Both the position numbers and the translations under genes were made by a program. Of a stretch of 64,000 bases of DNA, positions 60,205 through 64,000 are shown piece by piece (position 1 is the first letter of the stretch; the number at the start of each line of letters is the position of its first letter). Under the pieces are notes generated by a model that saw nothing but the letters and a program-made list of their open reading frames with translations, did not search any database and was not told where the DNA came from. The stretch is taken from assembly GCF_963921235.1 (NCBI RefSeq), contig NC_086098.1, positions 682,001 through 746,000 on the forward strand, read 5' to 3'. The DNA is from Mobula hypostoma (taxonomy: Eukaryota).

Positions 60205-60690
60205 GACATAAGACCATAAGACCATAAGACCATAAGACAAAGGAGCAGAAGTCGGCCATTCGGCCCATCGAGTCTGCTCCGCCATCTTATCATGAGCTGA
60301 TCCATTCTCCCATTTAGTCCCACTCCCCCGTCTTCTCACCATAACCTTTGATGCCCTGGCTACTCAGATACCTATCAATCTCTGCCTTAAATACACCCAA
60401 TGTCTTGGCCTCCACTGCTGCCCCTGGCAACAAATTCCATAGATTCACCACCCTCTGACTAAAAAAATTTCTTCGCATTTTTTGTTCTGAATGGGCGCCC
60501 TTCAATCCTTAAGTCATGCCTTCTCGTACTAGACTCCCCCATCATGGGAAACAACTTTGCCACATCCACTCTGTCCATGCCTTTCAACATTCGAAATGTT
60601 TCTATGAGGTCTCCCCTTATTCTTCTAAACTCCAAGGAACACAGTCCAAGAGCGGACAAACGTTCCTCATATGTTAACCCTCTCATTCCC
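60205..60690 (-). mobile_element. CR1 3' end with (TATGGTCT)n tail
   Basis: GLTYEERLSALGL and NFFSQRVVNLWN motifs; CATAAGAC x4. Confidence 0.9.
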
Positions 60691-60692
60691 AG

Positions 60693-61268
60693 AACATGGG
60701 AGATTTTAACATGCAGGTTGATTGGGAAAATCAGGTTGGTAATGGATCTCAAGAGAGTGAGTTTGTTGAATGTCTAAGAAATAACTTTAGGAGTTATGTA
60801 ACAAACCGGAGGTGATTCAAGAGCATAAAGTAAAATAACCCTTAGGAATCAATAATCACAATATGATTGAGTTTTGATAGGGAGAAAGTAAAGTCTGATG
60901 TAGCAGTACTTGAGTGGAGTAAAGAAAATTACGGCGATTTTGAGAGAGGAGTTGGCTAAAGTAAATTGGAAGGAGCTGCTGACAGGGATGTCAGCAGAGC
61001 AGCAATGGCGTGAGTTTCTGGGAAAATGAGAAAGATGAAGGAGACATGGATTCCAAAAATGATTAAATACTCAAATGGTAAAATAGTACAACCATGGCTG
61101 ACAGAAGAAGTCAAAACCATTGTAAAAGCAAAAAAAAGGGCATACAACAAAGCAAAAATTAGTGGGAAGATAGAGGATTGGGAAGTCTTTAAAAACGTGC
61201 AGACAGCAACTAAAAAAAATCATTAGAAGGGGAAAGATGAAATACGAAAGCAAGCTAGCAAATAATAT
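60693..61268 (+). mobile_element. CR1 ORF2 fragment, degraded
   Basis: GGAGATTTTAAC (GDFN) and QPWLTEEVK motifs. Confidence 0.8.
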
Positions 61269-61269
61269 C

Positions 61270-61591
61270 AACAACACAAAATACTCTGCAGATGCTGGGG
61301 TCAAAGCAACACTCACAACACGCTGGAGGAACTCAGCAGGTCGGGCAGCATCCATGTAAACGATCAGTCCACGTTTTGGGCCGAGACCCTTCGTCAGGAC
61401 TGAAGAGGGAAGGGGCAGAGGCCCTATAAAGAAGTTGGGGGGAGGGTGGGAAGGAGAAGGCTGGTAGGTTCCAGGTGAAAAACCAGTAAGGGGAAAGATC
61501 AAGGGGTGGGGGAGGGGAAGCAGGGAGGGGTTAGGTAGGAAAGTGAAGAAGAAATAGGGGAAACCACAATGGGTAGTAGTAGGAGGCAGGA
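61270..61591 (-). mobile_element. Penelope-like terminal repeat with hammerhead-like motif (61365-61402)
   Basis: CAGTC-CTGACGA-AGGGTCTCGGCCC-AAAAC-GTG-GACTG followed by GATGCTGCCCGACCTGCTGAGTTCCTCCAGC, as in the other Penelope ends. Confidence 0.8.
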
Positions 61592-63440
61592 ATTATCCCT
61601 TATTACAATTGTGGCATTACCCTTATTACGTGCCTTTTCCAGCTCTCTTTGCAATATCAATTCCACATCTTGGCTGCTCTTTGGAAGCCTATATATGATT
61701 CCCATAATGGTTGCTTTACCCTCAGTTTCTTAACTCCACCTACAAATATTCAATGTTCCCTGACCCTCTGTCACCTCTTCCTAAAGATATAATTCCACCT
61801 CTTACCAACAGAGCCATACCACCGCCTATGCTTCCCTGCCTGTCCTTTTGATACAAAGTATATCCTTTGCTGTTAAGCTCCCAACGATGGCCTTTTTTCA
61901 GCCACAACTCAGTGATGCTCACAGCATTATACTGACCAATCTCTAATTGTGCCATGAGTTTATCCTCATTCAGAATGCTATATGCTGTTAAATACTGCAC
62001 CTTCAGTCCTCCATTCTTCACCCTTGAGTTTTGCCTCTTCGGTACAATTTAACTCATTTTATTAACTCCAACACCTACTCTCCCTTAATATCAACATGCT
62101 CCAGAACATCGACCTCACTCGTCATCAAGTTCCCTCTCATTGGTGAATACCGAAGAGAAGTATTCATTGAGGACCTCGCTCACTTCCACAGCCTCCAGGA
62201 ACATCTTCCCACCTTTATCTCTAATCGGTCCTACCTTCACTCCTGTCATCCTTTTGTTCTTCACATAATTGAAGAATGCCTTGGGGTTTTCCTTTACCCT
62301 ACTTGCCAAGGCCTTCCCTTGTCCCCTTCTTGCTCTTCTTGGCCCCTTCTTAAGCTCCTTTCTTGCTACCTTATATTCCTCAATAGAACCATCTGATCCT
62401 TGCTTCCTAAACCTCACGTATGCTGCCTTCTTCCACCTGACTAGATTTTCCACCTCACCTGTCACCCATGGTTCCTTCACCCTACCATTCTTTATCTTCC
62501 TCACCAGGACAAATTTATCCCTAACATCCTGCAAGAGATCTCTAAATATCGACCACATGTCCATAGTACATTTCCCTGCAAAAACATCATCCCAATTCAC
62601 ACCCACAAGTTCTAGCCTTATAGCCTCATAATTTGCCCTTCCCCAATTAAAAATTTTCCTGTCCTCTCTGATTCTATCTTTTTCCATGATAATGCTGAAC
62701 ACCAGGGAGCGGTGGTCACTGTCCCCCAGATGCTCACCCACTGAGAGATCTGTGACCTGACCCGGTTCATTACCAAGTACTAGATCTAGTATGGCATTCC
62801 CTCTAGTCGGCCTGTCCACATACTGTGACAGGAATCCGTCCTGGACACACTTAACAAACTCTGCCCTGTCTAAACCTTTGGAACTAATCAGGTGCCAATC
62901 ACTATTAGGGAAGTTAAAGTCACCAATGATAACAAACCTGTTATTTTTGCACCTTTCCAAAATCTGCCTCCCAATCTGTTCCTCGGTATCTCTGCTACTA
63001 CCAGGGGGCCTATAGAATACTCCCAATAGAGTAACTGCTCCCTTCCCATTCATGACTTCCACCCATACTGACTCAAAAGAGGATCCTGCTACATTACCCA
63101 CCCTTTCTGTAGCTGTAATAGTATCCCTGACCAGTAACGCCACCCCTCCTCCCCTTTCCCCTCTCCCTATCTCTTTTAAAGCACTGAAATCCAGGAATAC
63201 TGAGAATCCATTCCTGCCCTGGTGCCAGCCAAGTCTCTGTAATGGCCACTACATCATAATTCCATGTATGTACCCAAGCTCTCCGTTCATCACCTTTGCT
63301 CCTGATGCTTCTTGCATTGAAGTACACGCACTTTGAATCTGATGGCGCACCCTCAGCTCTAGCATACTGGTTCCCATCCCCCCTGCCATATTAGTTTAAA
63401 CTACTCCCAAAAGCTCTCATAAAGCTGCTCATAAACCTAC
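61592..63440 (-). mobile_element. CR1 endonuclease-region fragments (two or more copies) and an ORF1/ORF2 junction
   Basis: ORFs 61740-62021, 62115-63143 and 63094-63327 (YFNARS, ITETW, GDFNFP, SDH); AGT TTA AAC TAA at 63391-63402. Confidence 0.88.
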
Positions 63441-63835
63441 CCTAGGTCTCAGCAAACTGTGAGATATTGAGACAAATGTACATATTTTGTATTTTGGTTG
63501 TTTATCTGTTTCTGATTGTGTGCAGTTTTTCATTGATTCCATTGTATTTGTTGTTCTGCTGTGAATGTCTGCAAGAAAATAAATCACTGGTAAGTATATG
63601 GTGCCACATAAGTGCTTTAGTAATAAGTTGCCTTTGAGCTTTCAGGCTCAGTTCCAACCATATATCCATGCATGTAATATACATGGTTAACAAAATAATA
63701 AGGAACAAGAGAAAAAAAATTGCATGATGTACATAGGCAAACTGATAAACAAAATGAGATTAACGTCAGATTCCTTTTTCTGCCCTTTTGTTTTCCACCT
63801 GTCACCTCCGAGCTTCTGATTTCCATAAGATGATA

Positions 63836-64000
63836 AGGCCATAAGACATAGGAGCAGAATTAGGCCATCTGGCCTATTGAGTCTGCTCTGCCATTCATTC
63901 ATGACTGATCCTTTTTGTTTATATCTCCTCATCACCAGTAACCTTTGATGACATGTCCAATCAAGAACCTATCAATCTCTGCCCAACGACCTGGCCTCCA
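63836..64000 (-). mobile_element. CR1 3' end; runs off the right edge
   Basis: CATAAGACATAGGAGCAGAATTAGGCCATCTGGCC tail and hairpin. Confidence 0.8.

Overview
Eukaryotic, vertebrate-type non-genic DNA, probably a cartilaginous fish; this is inferred from the HE1/V-SINE-like SINEs and the CR1/Penelope/Rex1 mix. I see no host exon, rRNA, true tRNA or CRISPR. About 90% of the window is nested transposable elements: many CR1 LINE families, plus Rex1/Babar, RTE, L1, a HERO-like RLE element, Penelope-like elements carrying hammerhead-ribozyme motifs, Gypsy fragments (one Gmr1-like), a mariner MITE, tRNA-SINEs and a degenerate ~32-bp minisatellite. One CR1 (7906-12782, minus) is full-length with intact ORF1 and ORF2, a 5-bp TSD and a tandem-monomer 5' UTR. 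Main signal: all 9 CR1 ORF1/ORF2 junctions I could find, from several divergent families, end ORF1 with an invariant T_TTA_AAC-stop slippery heptamer. In the intact copy ORF2 is in the -1 frame and has no usable AUG, pointing to -1 programmed ribosomal frameshifting and an ORF1-ORF2 fusion protein. Other notable items: a 20-nt promoter core shared by otherwise unrelated 5' UTR monomers, a CR1 apparently inserted inverted into itself, and a ~1.3-kb TE-free island with enhancer-like motifs. Family labels A/A'/B/C are my own, and boundaries of degraded fragments are approximate.
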